From Firmicutes bacterium UBA5774 (GTDB lineage: Bacteria > Bacillota > Clostridia > Peptostreptococcales > Anaerovoracaceae): a stretch of DNA of 64,000 bases. Of this stretch, positions 63,036 through 64,000 are shown one piece after another. The position numbers and the translations under genes were made by a program. The first letter of the stretch is position 1; each line of letters starts with the position of its first letter. Where the stretch lies: positions 13,451 to 77,450 of the forward strand of contig DIEM01000059.1 of NCBI GenBank assembly GCA_002418625.1. Reading direction: 5' to 3'. The notes beneath the pieces are model-generated. The model worked only from the letters and a program-made list of their open reading frames with translations. It made no database searches and was not told where the DNA came from.

Positions 63036-64000
63036 ATGACGCATGAACGATATCGGGATATCATCAAAAGGGACGACGAGACAGTGGATGACAGCGGCCA
63101 GAGGGATTACGCCTACGCCGGTGAAGCAGAAACAGATTCTGAATACCGCGAAGGAGCCTTAAGCGGGTATCCTTCCGGAAAAAAAAGAATCGCGTGGATA
63201 TTGGCCGTGGTGATCATATCTGTGTGTGCCGGATTTGCCGGCGGTCTGCTGGCGATTGTATTCGGGCCGTCCTGGCTGACAAACAGCCAGGGTGCCGGAA
63301 TAAACATAGAAACCGAAAGCAATATCAATACAGCGCAGGCTGTGGCCGAGAAAGTCATGCCTTCAGTCGTCGGCATCAGCACGCAGGTCATCTCACAGAC
63401 CATATTCGGACAGAGCCTTCAGCAAGGGGTCGGTACAGGCGTTATCGTAGATGCCAACGGCTATATATTGACGAATTCACATGTCGTCAACGATGGAAAC
63501 ACCAGAGCTATCATCGTGTATCTATATGATGGAAGAGAGTTGACGGGAGAGGTCCTATGGAACGATACGACGATCGACCTGGCAATCGTCAAAATCGAGG
63601 CCAGCCAGCTGCATGTCGCGGAATTGGGGGATTCAGAAGAGATCAGGGTCGGACAATTCGCCGTTGCCATTGGAAATCCACTTGGCTTTGCTTTCGAACG
63701 GAGCGTTACAGCCGGGATCATCAGCGGACTGAACAGATCGATACCGGTTACGGCCAATCAAACCATCGACGGCCTGATCCAGACAGATGCCTCCATCAAT
63801 CCGGGCAATAGCGGAGGACCGCTGCTGAATGCAGCAGGTGAGGTCGTCGGCATCAACACTGCAAAGATCCAGACCGGAGAAGGGCTTGGGTTTGCGGTTC
63901 CCATCAATATCGCAAAGCCCATCGTCGAGGAGGTCAAAGAAAAAGGACAATTCAACAGGGCATATATCGGCATACAGGGCATCAATCTTTCCGAAGTGCG
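63036..64000 (+). CDS. htrA: HtrA/DegP-family serine protease (YycK-like), N-terminal part only (continues past the right edge)
   Basis: Not in the ORF track because there is no stop in the window. Manual translation gives MTHERYRDII..., TM WILAVVIISVCAGFAGGLLAIVF, and catalytic triad contexts TNSHVV, DLAIVKI and GNSGGPLL. Confidence 0.9.
   Translation, partial: MTHERYRDIIKRDDETVDDSGQRDYAYAGEAETDSEYREGALSGYPSGKKRIAWILAVVIISVCAGFAGGLLAIVFGPSWLTNSQGAGINIETESNINTAQAVAEKVMPSVVGISTQVISQTIFGQSLQQGVGTGVIVDANGYILTNSHVVNDGNTRAIIVYLYDGRELTGEVLWNDTTIDLAIVKIEASQLHVAELGDSEEIRVGQFAVAIGNPLGFAFERSVTAGIISGLNRSIPVTANQTIDGLIQTDASINPGNSGGPLLNAAGEVVGINTAKIQTGEGLGFAVPINIAKPIVEEVKEKGQFNRAYIGIQGINLSEV

Overview
This window is the chromosomal origin-of-replication neighbourhood of a flagellated Firmicute. 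Gene content and B. subtilis-like synteny suggest Clostridia or Lachnospiraceae, but the taxon is inference. I found no tRNA, rRNA, CRISPR array, transposase, integrase or recognisable defence module.

**Layout**
- **1-13.5 kb (minus strand):** the early flagellar operon flgB-flgC-fliE-fliF-fliG-fliH-fliI-fliJ-fliK-flgD-(small orf)-flgE-flbD-fliM-fliY-cheY-fliO, running off the left edge.
- **13.5-14.0 kb:** an AT-rich divergent control region.
- **14-30 kb (mostly plus strand):** the late flagellar and chemotaxis block.
  - It contains flgM-flgN-flgK-flgL-yviE-like-fliW-csrA, flagellin, a MEDS-domain gene, cheA-cheR and fliD-fliS-fliT-like.
  - Five transcription units are each preceded by a sigma-28-type TAAA-N15-GCCGATAx promoter.
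  - A minus-strand XRE / FliK-like / FlhB-C-terminal-like operon lies inside this block.
- **30-38.9 kb (minus strand):** an HD-GYP phosphodiesterase, a small membrane/lipoprotein/plsC group, and a tightly packed rsbV-rsbW-sigB-trpS-(879-aa PEP/pyruvate-binding protein) unit with a sigma-B-type promoter.
- **38.9-47.4 kb (minus strand):** gyrA, gyrB, recF, dnaN and dnaA.
- **Origin:** bipartite oriC. DnaA boxes, a GC cluster, six DnaA-trios and an AT tract lie between dnaA and dnaN. A second DnaA-box cluster lies upstream of dnaA.
- **47.7-64 kb (plus strand):** rpmH-rnpA-yidD-yidC-jag-mnmE-mnmG-rsmG, then parA-parB bracketed by two identical perfect parS sites. These are followed by aroQ, an Fe-S protein coupled to a Cys-rich PAS-PP2C phosphatase, rnhA (minus strand), and yycH-yycI-yycJ-htrA without walRK.

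**Candidates for undescribed biology (all hypotheses)**
1. A stand-alone MEDS-domain protein under a sigma-28 promoter, next to cheA.
2. An XRE / second FliK-like / FlhB-CC-only operon.
3. The sigma-B operon fused to trpS (no T-box leader) and to a protein with a degenerate KaiC-like domain joined to a PPDK_N domain.
4. The Fe-S / PAS(Cys5) / PP2C pair.
5. Repeated TGTCGAATT motifs in the flagellar control region.

All calls rest on reading the sequence, the supplied ORF track and remembered family signatures. No database search was run.
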